In this document: in pieces, positions 10,754 to 19,919 of the stretch
Position numbering within the stretch: the first letter of the stretch is position 1
How the letters are laid out: every line of letters begins with the position of its first letter
Origin: a virus
Lineage: Duplodnaviria > Caudoviricetes
IMG/VR virus record: IMGVR_UViG_3300042892_001369
Coordinates: 533-64,532 of that record
Reading direction: 5' to 3' (one strand)
DNA length: 64,000 bases
Notes under the pieces: model-generated
The model's input: the letters and a program-made list of their open reading frames with translations, nothing else
Told to the model about the DNA's origin: nothing
Databases searched by the model: none
Made by a program: the position numbers and the translations under genes

Positions 10754-11309
10754 ATTTAATTACAATATCATTAGATTTCATACAATATAATCTCTGATCA
10801 TCTATGATAAATTCAAATTCCCCGTAAGGCTTGTATCCAACTAGGTCACCAGGATTGATTCCGAGCTTGTTTAAGGACTCGTTTCCATATTTTAGTATTC
10901 CAATATGCTTACGCTCTTTATCGAGCTTAAATTGGTCTATATTTTTTATTGGCTTAACAAAGCAACGGTCCCCATAAGAGCGCCATTCATTATCTCTGTT
11001 ATACAAATAAATTTGGTCAGGAGCACAAAAGTATAAATCTTCTTTAAAGTATGATCTACTATTCTTTTGTCTACCTTTAATATCATAGAAGCGTCTAAAT
11101 ACATTATGGTGTATTACAATAATATCACCAGGTTTTATATCGGTTTCAAAAGCTAATGGAACAGAAACAACTTCTGCTAACTTATTAACTGATTTGAAAC
11201 TTTCTATTCTAGTATTTATTATTAATTGTTTACCATTAACATCAATACTATTATTATATCTAGAGCCTACAGGTTTAATTATAAAATCAAATACAGCTGT
11301 CATATTCAT
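10707..11309 (-). CDS. Tandem GroES-like (double Cpn10-fold) protein
   Basis: Two GroES-like halves: FIIKP...AEVVSVP...IKPGDIIVI and DRCFVKP...GINPGDLVGY...FIIDDQRLYCMKSNDIV. Confidence 0.6.
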   Translation of the reverse strand: MNMTAVFDFIIKPVGSRYNNSIDVNGKQLIINTRIESFKSVNKLAEVVSVPLAFETDIKPGDIIVIHHNVFRRFYDIKGRQKNSRSYFKEDLYFCAPDQIYLYNRDNEWRSYGDRCFVKPIKNIDQFKLDKERKHIGILKYGNESLNKLGINPGDLVGYKPYGEFEFIIDDQRLYCMKSNDIVIKYGYKGDEEEYNSRWS

Positions 11310-11310
11310 T

Positions 11311-11538
11311 CTAATATTCTAAATCATATTCAACAGAGATAGCCATGTTTGAATTAAATTTCTTCCAAGGCATTACTTCTTCGTCTTTTTTAATATATAT
11401 ATTATACGAATTATCAGTATTATCCAATAAAATATAAGAGATGCGATGCCCTCCATAGACCTCTTGACCTACGGAGTAATGCATTGCATCGTCTTTATAA
11501 TTAGTCCCTATACTTATTTTTCTAACGACTGAGTCCAT
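11311..11538 (-). CDS. Hypothetical protein
   Basis: 75-aa ORF tightly packed in the late operon. Confidence 0.7.
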   Translation of the reverse strand: MDSVVRKISIGTNYKDDAMHYSVGQEVYGGHRISYILLDNTDNSYNIYIKKDEEVMPWKKFNSNMAISVEYDLEY

Positions 11539-11541
11539 TAT

Positions 11542-11793
11542 TTAAGCTGTAGCTTCTTCTGGCACAATCTCAGTATATGATCCATCAGATAGATCGATAT
11601 TGATTGCTCCATATTCTTTTTCTAATTCAGCTTTGAACTCTTCTGAAGCTTGGTTAACTTCTGCAACTTGGTGTAGTAATGCGTGTTTTTGCGCTTCTAA
11701 CACTCCAATGTTTGAAAACAAGAAGTTTAAATCTTTTTGTTGCTTTCTAATAGTTTCTAATTGTTCTTGTGTAATCTGTTTTACTACTTCCAT
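11542..11793 (-). CDS. Hypothetical coiled-coil protein
   Basis: 83-aa ORF in operon, heptad pattern. Confidence 0.7.
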   Translation of the reverse strand: MEVVKQITQEQLETIRKQQKDLNFLFSNIGVLEAQKHALLHQVAEVNQASEEFKAELEKEYGAINIDLSDGSYTEIVPEEATA

Positions 11794-11854
11794 GTGATTA
11801 AATTTAATTGTTAATTGTTATTATAATAATGTTAAAAATATTTTAACTTAGTTT

Positions 11855-12121
11855 TTATCTATATAATATTATGCTAGAAACAGGTATATTAACAGCGCTT
11901 GTAACGCTAGTTACCATTATAGGCAAAAATGAGCCTTGATTTAATCCAGAAAAAGTAGTGTCAGCACTATTACCCGCTAATCTAACAGTAATAGAGGCAG
12001 GATCCCCTTCAGTTGTAAAAGCACCAATAAAAACCGCTGACGGTTGTGATGCCTCTTCAGGAAATGCGCTTAATGTTTTTGATGTTACTGCAAAGTCTGG
12101 TTGATTTCCAAATTGTCCCAT
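11855..12121 (-). CDS. Small beta-rich virion protein (hypothetical)
   Basis: 88-aa S/T-rich ORF in the late region. Confidence 0.6.
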   Translation of the reverse strand: MGQFGNQPDFAVTSKTLSAFPEEASQPSAVFIGAFTTEGDPASITVRLAGNSADTTFSGLNQGSFLPIMVTSVTSAVNIPVSSIILYR

Positions 12122-12123
12122 AA

Positions 12124-12360
12124 TTATTTTTTAAATATTTTATTGTATAAACTTTGTTTTTTTATAGGCACTTCTAAAACAATATTCCCAGGAAAAGCAT
12201 AATCTTTCCCCGGTTTCATTAGTTTTTTATTACCTAAGTTGTCAATACCTAAAACGTCAAACTCAACATTTTCCATTGTTATGTTACCGCTAGGTATAAT
12301 ATTGTATGGTTTGTTTTTGTCTTTGCTATTTTTTTTATAGCCAGTTTTAGATATATTCAT
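12124..12360 (-). CDS. Hypothetical protein
   Basis: 78 aa containing ITMENV...LGIDNLG...MKPGKDYAFPG, a motif I recognise from Bacteroidota phage virion proteins. Confidence 0.65.
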   Translation of the reverse strand: MNISKTGYKKNSKDKNKPYNIIPSGNITMENVEFDVLGIDNLGNKKLMKPGKDYAFPGNIVLEVPIKKQSLYNKIFKK

Positions 12361-12362
12361 AA

Positions 12363-12866
12363 TTATCTTCTTGTTATTCTTCCTCGGTCTTCCATTGATT
12401 GTAACTCTTCTGGAGTTCTAGGGGTTGTTCTGCCAGATCCTAAATTAGCAAATGATGCATTAGAATGAGATTGGGTAGCTTTAATCTTGTTAGTTCTTTC
12501 TACGCCTTTAACTAATTTTTCAACCGCGCTAGGCTTATTCATTTGTACTCTTGTTACAAAACCACCTTTGCTATCGTATTCTTCCATAAAGTCGCCAACT
12601 TTTTTAGTTGTATGAGTAGCCGTATTAGCAGAAGCAATACCGCTTTTAGGATCAACTTCAATCTGATTGCCTTTTTCAATATCTTCTTTGCCCTTATTTG
12701 TTTGGATTGCTTTATTGAATTTATCAACAGAAGTAGTTTGTTTTTTAGTATAATCAAACCCTTGCTCTTGTTTCATTGGAGAACAACTCATTAGTGTTGG
12801 CGGAATACCATTACCGGTTTTAGGCATATTGCCACGGCCAGGGGTCATTTTAAATGGACTTTTCAT
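12363..12866 (-). CDS. Basic, probably disordered protein (candidate internal virion protein)
   Basis: 167 aa, K-rich, with SPFKM and SPMKQ motifs. Confidence 0.65.
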   Translation of the reverse strand: MKSPFKMTPGRGNMPKTGNGIPPTLMSCSPMKQEQGFDYTKKQTTSVDKFNKAIQTNKGKEDIEKGNQIEVDPKSGIASANTATHTTKKVGDFMEEYDSKGGFVTRVQMNKPSAVEKLVKGVERTNKIKATQSHSNASFANLGSGRTTPRTPEELQSMEDRGRITRR

Positions 12867-12876
12867 TTTTTTTGTT

Positions 12877-13233
12877 TTAATTGTTTAGTTTTCTTTTGTA
12901 TATTAAAATATTAGGAGCATCAGAAATAACGCTTTCAGCCATAGTATTCTCGTCTACAATTACAAGTTTTCCAATCGCCGCCCAGTCATTTGGTTGATAA
13001 TATGTTTCCATATATAGGTTGTTTTTATTAAATTGATAACCAGTAACATCTATTAATGTATTGGTCTCTTTTAATAAAACGGTTATTTTTAAGTTATTTT
13101 TACTTACTGATTTGAATTCGACAAAATGATATTTTGTTTCCCACTTACCTTCTAAAAATGCTTTATCCATTTTTTGCGAATAAGAAACAAAACAAACAAA
13201 TAATAATGCCAATAATAATACTAATTTTTTCAT
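12877..13233 (-). CDS. Exported protein with signal peptide
   Basis: MKKLVLLLALLFVCFVSYSQ signal peptide ending in the Bacteroidota-style Q; beta-rich mature part. Confidence 0.7.
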   Translation of the reverse strand: MKKLVLLLALLFVCFVSYSQKMDKAFLEGKWETKYHFVEFKSVSKNNLKITVLLKETNTLIDVTGYQFNKNNLYMETYYQPNDWAAIGKLVIVDENTMAESVISDAPNILIYKRKLNN

Positions 13234-13274
13234 AATATATTAAATTAAAGTTATATTATTATTATTACACGTAT

Positions 13275-13589
13275 TTATTGCTTTTTATAAGCTTCCTTTT
13301 CCCAAGGTAATGTTTTGGCTCCTTCATTCATTTTTGAACGTGGATATTTTTTACCCTTCCAGTAAACATTTGATTCATCGTAGCCTAAATCACCTCTCTT
13401 CATTTGATCGATGTGTATAAGCTCATGCTCAACTGTTTTATTCTTTTTTAACTCAATTGGCGATACATCCTTATTAACTAAGATTGTGCCATTAGACTGA
13501 GCCATACCTAATACATTGTTATCCATATCCTTACTGTATATTGGTGTATTATCAATATTATAAGGGGGACCAGTCATTTTAAATGCCAT
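13275..13589 (-). CDS. Zincin-like metallopeptidase
   Basis: HExxH motif (EHELIH) with a downstream PWEKEAY glutamate motif. Confidence 0.7.
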   Translation of the reverse strand: MAFKMTGPPYNIDNTPIYSKDMDNNVLGMAQSNGTILVNKDVSPIELKKNKTVEHELIHIDQMKRGDLGYDESNVYWKGKKYPRSKMNEGAKTLPWEKEAYKKQ

Positions 13590-13595
13590 ATTAAT

Positions 13596-13781
13596 TTAGC
13601 ATTTTTTCATTTTAGCAGCTGGTTTACCTTTAGATGCACCATACTTTTGCATAGGGGCAGGCGTTGCAGCCGCTTTAGCTTCTTTTTTTGCTGCTACTTT
13701 AGCCGCGATGCCAGCCATAACTTTGCTTGCCGCACTTTTAGTTGTATTAGCCACGGTTTTTTTAACAATTTCTTTTTTCAT
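13596..13781 (-). CDS. Small K/A-rich basic protein (histone H1-like composition)
   Basis: 61 aa dominated by K and A. Confidence 0.6.
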   Translation of the reverse strand: MKKEIVKKTVANTTKSAASKVMAGIAAKVAAKKEAKAAATPAPMQKYGASKGKPAAKMKKC

Positions 13782-13792
13782 TTTTGTAGTTT

Positions 13793-13966
13793 TTAATTTT
13801 CGTTTTTATCTTTATTTTTATCTTCAAAGTGACTATATATTCTAATTGCAGTATAACCAATAGAAAGTATAAGAAGAATTATTTTTAATGCTGGTTCTAA
13901 ATTTGTCATTGACAGAGATAGCGCTACTGCATTTAATCCATATAGTTTAATATCAGTTGTGCCCAT
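13793..13966 (-). CDS. Small membrane protein (holin-like), not in the ORF track
   Basis: Manual translation gives MGTTDIKLYGLNAVALSLSMTNLEPALKIILLILSIGYTAIRIYSHFEDKNKDKNEN (57 aa) with hydrophobic segments and a charged tail; start overlaps the upstream stop. Confidence 0.6.
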   Translation of the reverse strand: MGTTDIKLYGLNAVALSLSMTNLEPALKIILLILSIGYTAIRIYSHFEDKNKDKNEN

Positions 13967-14169
13967 TAAAGTTTACATTTCGCTCTCTGAGTAATAGGAG
14001 CAGCGTGATACATAGTGGGAGTCTTTTTAACTTCCATTCCATTTTTTCCATTGCTCGAACCTTGACCCATTGGGAAACCAGTCATATCTAATGGACCGTC
14101 CCATAAAGCGTTAGCTCCTGTAATACCGTTATTTTCTATTCTTTTAACGGCAGGTGTTACTTTTCTCAT
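13966..14169 (-). CDS. Hypothetical small protein
   Basis: 67-aa ORF in operon. Confidence 0.6.
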   Translation of the reverse strand: MRKVTPAVKRIENNGITGANALWDGPLDMTGFPMGQGSSNGKNGMEVKKTPTMYHAAPITQRAKCKL

Positions 14170-14200
14170 ACCTTATATTTGTTATTAATCGATTACTATT

Positions 14201-14461
14201 TTAAATTGTTGGTCCCATTACACGATCATAAGATCCGTCTGTTGGCATTCCAAATACGCCTGTCATTGTAGATTGCGTTTTTGGATTAAAGTTTACAGGT
14301 GCGCCAGATGGCTTTACACCTGGATTGAATGTACGTGGTTCGGAAACAATTGGAGCCGTAGGAATTGTAGTACCCGTTAAACTCATATTTGTAGTAGTTG
14401 CCGCGCTTGGTAACATACCAGGATCAGCCGGCATTCCTTTCATTTGATTGTTGTATATCAT
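14201..14461 (-). CDS. Hypothetical P/T/M-rich protein
   Basis: 86-aa ORF with ATGA overlap with the upstream gene. Confidence 0.55.
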   Translation of the reverse strand: MIYNNQMKGMPADPGMLPSAATTTNMSLTGTTIPTAPIVSEPRTFNPGVKPSGAPVNFNPKTQSTMTGVFGMPTDGSYDRVMGPTI

Positions 14462-14904
14462 CTTGTTTTATCTTTGTTTAAATTATTTATTGCTGAACGT
14501 AATACAATATCTGTATATGTATTATTCTTCATTATTTTATTACTTCTTGCTGTAGTTGGAATATCTTCTTCTCCTAGCATAATCCGGTACATTCTATGTA
14601 TTAGTTGTTTGCACTTGAATGAAACTTTATATATGTTATACTTCTGGGTTGTACGGTTTCTATTTCTCCATACCACTATCCATCCTTCTTTTAACAAATT
14701 GTTCCAGCGCTTATTGTCCCAACTATATGCGTATGTACCTATCTTATAATCTTGCTTGGTAAAAAAGTCCATGCAATCAAAATATATTAATAATTCTAAA
14801 TCAGCGTCAGTAAGATCATAATTTCTACAAGCCCATCTGCGTATTAACCTATAATGTTTTAATAAGCCAAGACTTTTTATATCACTAGCTTCTATTCTTC
14901 TCAT
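14458..14904 (-). CDS. Probable winged-helix (MarR-like) DNA-binding protein
   Basis: YDLTDADLELLIYF...LLKEGWIVV...IYKVSFKCKQLI matches the wHTH helix and wing pattern. Confidence 0.5.
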   Translation of the reverse strand: MRRIEASDIKSLGLLKHYRLIRRWACRNYDLTDADLELLIYFDCMDFFTKQDYKIGTYAYSWDNKRWNNLLKEGWIVVWRNRNRTTQKYNIYKVSFKCKQLIHRMYRIMLGEEDIPTTARSNKIMKNNTYTDIVLRSAINNLNKDKTR

Positions 14905-15161
14905 AGAACTATTACAACGTCTTGTAATCTTATAACTTGATATTCATGCCCGTCAAATTCAATTCCATGACCTGCAGCTTTATCATAGTAAATAACATCA
15001 GCTTCTTTTAAACATTTAATATCTTCACTAACAGAAACTACAATAGCTTCTTTATATCTAATGTTTTCTTTATCTTTTTCTTTTAATAATAAACCATTTT
15101 CCGTTTTTGATAATCCCTCTTTCCTTGGGAGGATCACTATATTATTACCTATTGCCTTCAT
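14901..15161 (-). CDS. groES: Co-chaperonin GroES (Cpn10)
   Basis: MKAIGNNIVI...KTENGLLL...AIVVSV...IEFDGHEYQVIRLQDVVIV; adjacent to groEL. Confidence 0.85.
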   Translation of the reverse strand: MKAIGNNIVILPRKEGLSKTENGLLLKEKDKENIRYKEAIVVSVSEDIKCLKEADVIYYDKAAGHGIEFDGHEYQVIRLQDVVIVL

Positions 15162-16707
15162 TGATTCTTAAATTATTAATTATACAATCAGTTGACAATA
15201 TGGTAATAGCTACAGAAGCTGCATTCATTAATGCACTTTTTGTAACAGATAATGGATCAATAATACCCGCTTCAATCATATTAACTTCTTCTCCAGTTAC
15301 AGCATTCAATCCAGAGCCATCTGGACGACTTGCAGTTGAACTTGGTATATCAATACCCGCGTTAGTTAATATTGTCTTAAACGGAGCCGTAATAGCTTTT
15401 AACAACGCTTCTTCAGCTTTATTCTTGAATACAATTATTCTTGATGCATCTAAAAGAGCAATTCCTCCTCCCGGAACAATTCCTTCTTTAATAGCTGCTT
15501 TAGTTGCGCAAATTGCATCTTCAACTCTATCTGCTTTTTCTTTTAATTCAATATCAGATCCAGCACCCACTTTTACTACTGCTACTTTTGCAGATAATCT
15601 AGCTAATCTTCTTTCTATTCTAATTACTTCAGCCGGTGGTAAGCTTGCTTCTAATTGTGATTTTAATTCATCAATTAAAACTTGAACTTCTTCTTTTGTT
15701 TCACCAACATGCAATATAGTCTCTGTATCACTAGTTATTGCTTTTAAACAATGACCTAAACAATCTGTATCAATAAGATCCATATCATCTCCTAAGTCCT
15801 CATTTATAATAGTAGCACCTGTTAACAATGCTAAATCCGATAATGTATCTTTTTTATTAATACCGTACGTCGGGGCATTAATCACATTTACTTTAATATT
15901 ACCTTTTACTTTATTCATTGCAAGAGCGGCTAATACTGTCGGCTCTATGTCTGCAATAATAAGTAATGGCTTGTTTGCTTTTATAACGTATTCTAAAACC
16001 GATTGTATTTGTCTTATAGATTCAACTGGTGATTCAATAAGCAATACTAATGGATTTTCTAATTCAGCAACTCTTTTGTTAGGATTAGTAATAAAATGTG
16101 AATTTACTAAACCTTTATCATATTGGACACCATCAATAATTTCTATTTCCGTTTCTGCATTTGCCGATGATTCCATCATAACAATTCCGGTTTCACCCAC
16201 CTCTCTAAATGCATCTGCAATAATCTTTCCAAGTACTGGATCATTATTAGTTGAAATCGTAGCAATGTGATCTATCATATCTCCATTTACAGGAACTTTA
16301 ATAGATTCTAAATATTCTACTACTTTGTCAACTGTTTGTTCAATACCGTTCTTTAAGTCTCTTGCATTAACTGTATCTTGGACTGCGTAAGCTTCTTGTA
16401 AAATAGCATGAGCTAATACTGTTGCAGTTGTTGTTCCGTCTCCGGCTTCTTTAACTGTTTTTCTAGCTGCTTCTTTTAAAAGTCTCGCACCCATATTTTC
16501 AACTGGATCAAGTAGTGTAATGCTGTCTGCTACTGTAACACCGTCTTTTGTAATAATCGGCCTACCTTTTCCGTCTTCTAGCATTACACATTTTCCACCC
16601 GCTCCAAGTGTTGAACTAACTGCTTTTGTAAGTTTCTCGATACCTGCAAAAACATTGTCCCTCGCCTCTTTGCCGAAGCTGAGGTTTTTAACTATTTCAT
16701 CGCTCAT
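15145..16707 (-). CDS. groEL: Chaperonin GroEL (Cpn60)
   Basis: ITKDGVTVA, AGDGTTTATVLA, ERRLARL, DRVEDAICATKAA and GIVPGGG motifs. Confidence 0.97.
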   Translation of the reverse strand: MSDEIVKNLSFGKEARDNVFAGIEKLTKAVSSTLGAGGKCVMLEDGKGRPIITKDGVTVADSITLLDPVENMGARLLKEAARKTVKEAGDGTTTATVLAHAILQEAYAVQDTVNARDLKNGIEQTVDKVVEYLESIKVPVNGDMIDHIATISTNNDPVLGKIIADAFREVGETGIVMMESSANAETEIEIIDGVQYDKGLVNSHFITNPNKRVAELENPLVLLIESPVESIRQIQSVLEYVIKANKPLLIIADIEPTVLAALAMNKVKGNIKVNVINAPTYGINKKDTLSDLALLTGATIINEDLGDDMDLIDTDCLGHCLKAITSDTETILHVGETKEEVQVLIDELKSQLEASLPPAEVIRIERRLARLSAKVAVVKVGAGSDIELKEKADRVEDAICATKAAIKEGIVPGGGIALLDASRIIVFKNKAEEALLKAITAPFKTILTNAGIDIPSSTASRPDGSGLNAVTGEEVNMIEAGIIDPLSVTKSALMNAASVAITILSTDCIINNLRINEGNR

Positions 16708-16735
16708 AATTTAATTGAATTTAATTTAATATATA

Positions 16736-16761
16736 TATTACCTGTTTTACGGCTTTTTTAC
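16736..16761 (-). promoter_or_regulatory. Putative late promoter GTAA-N16-GTAATA upstream of groEL
   Basis: Same boxes and 16-nt spacer as at 27079-27104 and 61077-61102. Confidence 0.5.
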
Positions 16762-16901
16762 CTGCCTTGTCCTCGATATTGCTTTTTATAATTTTTTGAA
16801 GACTTCAATACAGATGTTTTAGCTTTAGCATGAATACCTGGACGGCTTATATTCTTCTCATCTATTTTAATTGAGCTCTGTGTTGCTTTTTGTTTAGACA
16901 T
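16758..16901 (-). CDS. Small basic protein ending YRGQGR, not in the ORF track
   Basis: Manual translation gives MSKQKATQSSIKIDEKNISRPGIHAKAKTSVLKSSKNYKKQYRGQGR (47 aa); YRGQG endings are common in small phage proteins. Confidence 0.65.
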   Translation of the reverse strand: MSKQKATQSSIKIDEKNISRPGIHAKAKTSVLKSSKNYKKQYRGQGR

Positions 16902-16905
16902 TATT

Positions 16906-17373
16906 TTAAAATAATTTATATTCAACAATAACTACATACGTAGAAAGATTATTTGGTTGTGCTAAATACTGCGCTCCCGCTCTTATTTTATTAAAACTTA
17001 GCAAGACGGTTGCAGATAAGCAGGGTTGCATTGTATTATTTCCAATAGTTCTTAACCCTAAGTATCCATTTAATTTTGGCTTTTCCCACCAGCCAATAGC
17101 TTTGTCTTGAATAGTTATAATTTCATTTTTTTTAGAAAGTATACTATCTTTAATCTTTATGATTTCTGCAAGTTCATCATTCTGTTCCTGCAAGTTTTTA
17201 ATCTCTTCTTCCTTAAGAATTAACTTTTGCTTACACAAATCACCTTTAACAATATCTTTAACTACCTCTCTAGCTACACTCTCATTTAATACTATCTTTT
17301 TGATTGTATCGGTTTGAGAAAAACTCTTGAAGCTTACTAAAAGCAATAGTATCAATAATTTTAATCGTATCAT
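16906..17373 (-). CDS. Exported protein, spanin-like outer component candidate
   Basis: Signal peptide, coiled coil and beta-strand C-terminus ending in F; overlaps the upstream spanin-like gene in the lysis cassette. Confidence 0.5.
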   Translation of the reverse strand: MIRLKLLILLLLVSFKSFSQTDTIKKIVLNESVAREVVKDIVKGDLCKQKLILKEEEIKNLQEQNDELAEIIKIKDSILSKKNEIITIQDKAIGWWEKPKLNGYLGLRTIGNNTMQPCLSATVLLSFNKIRAGAQYLAQPNNLSTYVVIVEYKLF

Positions 17374-17617
17374 GTTCTATTCTTGTTAATGTTCTTTGTT
17401 TTTCAATAATCGTATTTTTGCCAAGCTTTAAACTATCAAGTTTATTCCAGTGAGATTCTTCTTGCTTCTCTAATGCTTTAATTTCTTTTTCAAGTCGTTC
17501 CTTTTCTTTTTTTAATTCATTATTCTTGCCTATCCCGTAAATTAAGAATAGGCCGAATAATATGATTAGGATGGTTCCTAGCCATTGTTGTTTTATAAAA
17601 TTACTTATATGGAACAT
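17282..17617 (-). CDS. Inner-membrane spanin-like protein
   Basis: N-terminal TM helix followed by a coiled coil, directly after the endolysin. Confidence 0.55.
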   Translation of the reverse strand: MFHISNFIKQQWLGTILIILFGLFLIYGIGKNNELKKEKERLEKEIKALEKQEESHWNKLDSLKLGKNTIIEKQRTLTRIEHDTIKIIDTIAFSKLQEFFSNRYNQKDSIK

Positions 17618-18068
17618 AACTTGTTTTGCCGTTTGTTTTTACGGCTTTAAGAATTTGCTTTCTTTGCTTGCCCGTTGATTCATAAGAAACATGAACCCAA
17701 TCTGGATTTTTATCTGTACCAAATTCCCAAATCATTTGGTCAAAGACTAAGTTATCTTTAATAAAATCAAATACCATTTTATTGGTTATGCCATTTGAAC
17801 TTCCGTCCATGTCAATGTCAATAGCTTCTCCCTGGCAATGCTGCGAAGATAAGCTCCCCCCAATAGCTGCATTAAGAGCCTTGCTTCTGTATCCTGATGA
17901 TATATGAATAGGAACTCCAAAGTGTTCTCTAATTGGTTGGAATATATTCTCAGCTAACTTCTTAAAGTTTTCAATATGCTCCGGAGTTGGCATATTGCTA
18001 ATTCCTTTTCTCTTTGCAGTTTCGCTTCTTGTAACTTCTGCTAATGTTAAATTTTTACTCAGTTGCAT
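17601..18068 (-). CDS. Endolysin, peptidase M15 family
   Basis: SSGYRS...SQHCQGEAIDID...WVHVSY Zn-peptidase motifs; likely start MQLSKNLTL at 18068 rather than 18119. Confidence 0.9.
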   Translation of the reverse strand: MQLSKNLTLAEVTRSETAKRKGISNMPTPEHIENFKKLAENIFQPIREHFGVPIHISSGYRSKALNAAIGGSLSSQHCQGEAIDIDMDGSSNGITNKMVFDFIKDNLVFDQMIWEFGTDKNPDWVHVSYESTGKQRKQILKAVKTNGKTSYVPYK

Positions 18069-18306
18069 CTTTTTCTTGTTTTTTGTTATTAAATATTTTG
18101 CCTGCAGTAGCAATACCAAAGACTACCGATGTTAACATCAAAAATCCATTAAAAATAAATTCCTCAATTACTAATTTTGATCCCCACACTCCGGTAATAA
18201 TATCTACTAGAAAAGCGAGTACCATCATAAAAAAAGAAATTACACCAACAAATGATTTTTCGTTTATTGTATTATTGTCACTAATTAATTCTTTCCAAAA
18301 TCCCAT
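18055..18306 (-). CDS. Holin
   Basis: Two TM helices and a charged C-terminus, immediately upstream of the endolysin. Confidence 0.7.
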   Translation of the reverse strand: MGFWKELISDNNTINEKSFVGVISFFMMVLAFLVDIITGVWGSKLVIEEFIFNGFLMLTSVVFGIATAGKIFNNKKQEKDATE

Positions 18307-18308
18307 AA

Positions 18309-18671
18309 TTATTTTATTGTGTCTATGACTGTTATTGAATCCTTATTTGTACCAAGCACTTTGTCAAAAAATGACCTTTTTTTAGGGTACTTATATTCTT
18401 TTATTTTTTCATTTGCAACGGCTAAGCAATCTTTAGCTGTTGCCAGCTCCTCTTTTGCTAAAACTAGTTTTTCACCTAATGAATTTTTTTCATAAATAAC
18501 TTCATCAACAGATATTTTAAATCCATCAACCATTTCTAATAAACTATCCACCTTCTCGGTATCGGCATATTCTACAGCAATAGCATCCGCTATCTTAACC
18601 TTGGGTTCAATAGTTTTTTCGCATGAAACTAATAAAAACCATAATATGATTATTATAATATACTTTTTCAT
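18309..18671 (-). CDS. Lipoprotein with coiled coil
   Basis: MKKYIIIIILWFLLVSC lipobox. Confidence 0.65.
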   Translation of the reverse strand: MKKYIIIIILWFLLVSCEKTIEPKVKIADAIAVEYADTEKVDSLLEMVDGFKISVDEVIYEKNSLGEKLVLAKEELATAKDCLAVANEKIKEYKYPKKRSFFDKVLGTNKDSITVIDTIK

Positions 18672-18931
18672 TATTTAAGTCCTTTAATTTCGTTTAACAT
18701 TTCTAATTTAGCGCTAGCTCTCGCTAGTGTACTATCCGATTTTTTTAATCTTTCGTCAAGCTTGTCAACTTTTTTAGTTAGTTGTTCTACATTGACACCA
18801 CACTTGTCTATTTGTGAAGTGTAGTTCATTTTGTTGTCGACATATAAATATCCAACAGCAAGTATTACTAAGAATAATAAACCTTTAACAGGATCCTTAG
18901 AAAACTCTTTAAATGATATTGGCATTTCCAT
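18671..18931 (-). CDS. Membrane-anchored coiled-coil protein
   Basis: Single TM segment followed by heptads; coupled to the lipoprotein gene. Confidence 0.6.
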   Translation of the reverse strand: MEMPISFKEFSKDPVKGLLFLVILAVGYLYVDNKMNYTSQIDKCGVNVEQLTKKVDKLDERLKKSDSTLARASAKLEMLNEIKGLK

Positions 18932-18933
18932 AA

Positions 18934-19905
18934 TTAATATATTTTATTTAAGTTAAATGTCTGTGTATAAATAAAACTAGTAAGAGAAGCAGTTCCCCAC
19001 TGAGCAGTTACTACCAATGTATTCGCTATCGTTGTATCAAATGTTGTAGAATTAACACTTCCAAAGTGAGTGCTTGGAGAAGCATAGCCGCTTGAAAAGA
19101 TAGCTGTTGTAGCTATTGCAGCTGTTGAAGCCGCTCCAGTTGCTCTTACCGTTAAAGTAGCCTCTAAATTCCATCTACTGTTTGAAACACTGGGCCCAAC
19201 TGATGAACCTGTAAATTCTGCTAAAACAACACCATCAAGTGTTTTTATAGATATAGAAATATTATTGCTAATAACCGAATTTATAAGTCCAGCTAAACTA
19301 AGTTTAAATGAATCTCCAACCACAAGACTATCTGCTGGCAATGTTAATGTACCCGCAATAGTACCGTTTAATAAAGTAAGCGCTGAGGTGGTATTATTTA
19401 CAGGAAGAGCATTTGTAGTAAGGACAGCTAAACCATAATTAGTTATGTCCGATAAATATGCAATAGTTCCAGAAGCATCTTGAAATGTAGCCGTATTTGT
19501 TGTTGCAACAGGATTAGGCGCTTTAACATTTGTTCCAAAATTTGTGTCTATACCTTTTATAAATATACCTCCATTATAGATTTGAGCATATTTTGCCCCA
19601 CCTACACTTACAAAGTTAAATGCATTTTTATCGCCTGTTATAGATACATAACCAAGACCAGCTGGAGCAAAATCATTGTATAAGTATATACTGCCAACTT
19701 TGGCGTCTTCTAAAGAAACATTGCCAGCTGTTAATACTTGATCTAGCGTATTAGAATAATTGGCTACTACATAGCCGCCTATAGCGTCTGCTGTAAAACT
19801 AATAGTTCTTGCCGATCCATTATCTTCATTTTCAAACCTAGTAGCTATTAATAAATCAGAACTGTTTAAAGAAGTAACTCTAGGATAGCTATATATTATT
19901 GCCAT
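18934..19905 (-). CDS. Tail fibre/spike-related protein
   Basis: S/T/G-rich; the MAIIYSYP N-terminus is shared with 25118-25864. Confidence 0.6.
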   Translation of the reverse strand: MAIIYSYPRVTSLNSSDLLIATRFENEDNGSARTISFTADAIGGYVVANYSNTLDQVLTAGNVSLEDAKVGSIYLYNDFAPAGLGYVSITGDKNAFNFVSVGGAKYAQIYNGGIFIKGIDTNFGTNVKAPNPVATTNTATFQDASGTIAYLSDITNYGLAVLTTNALPVNNTTSALTLLNGTIAGTLTLPADSLVVGDSFKLSLAGLINSVISNNISISIKTLDGVVLAEFTGSSVGPSVSNSRWNLEATLTVRATGAASTAAIATTAIFSSGYASPSTHFGSVNSTTFDTTIANTLVVTAQWGTASLTSFIYTQTFNLNKIY

Positions 19906-19919
19906 TTTATATTTTTGTT

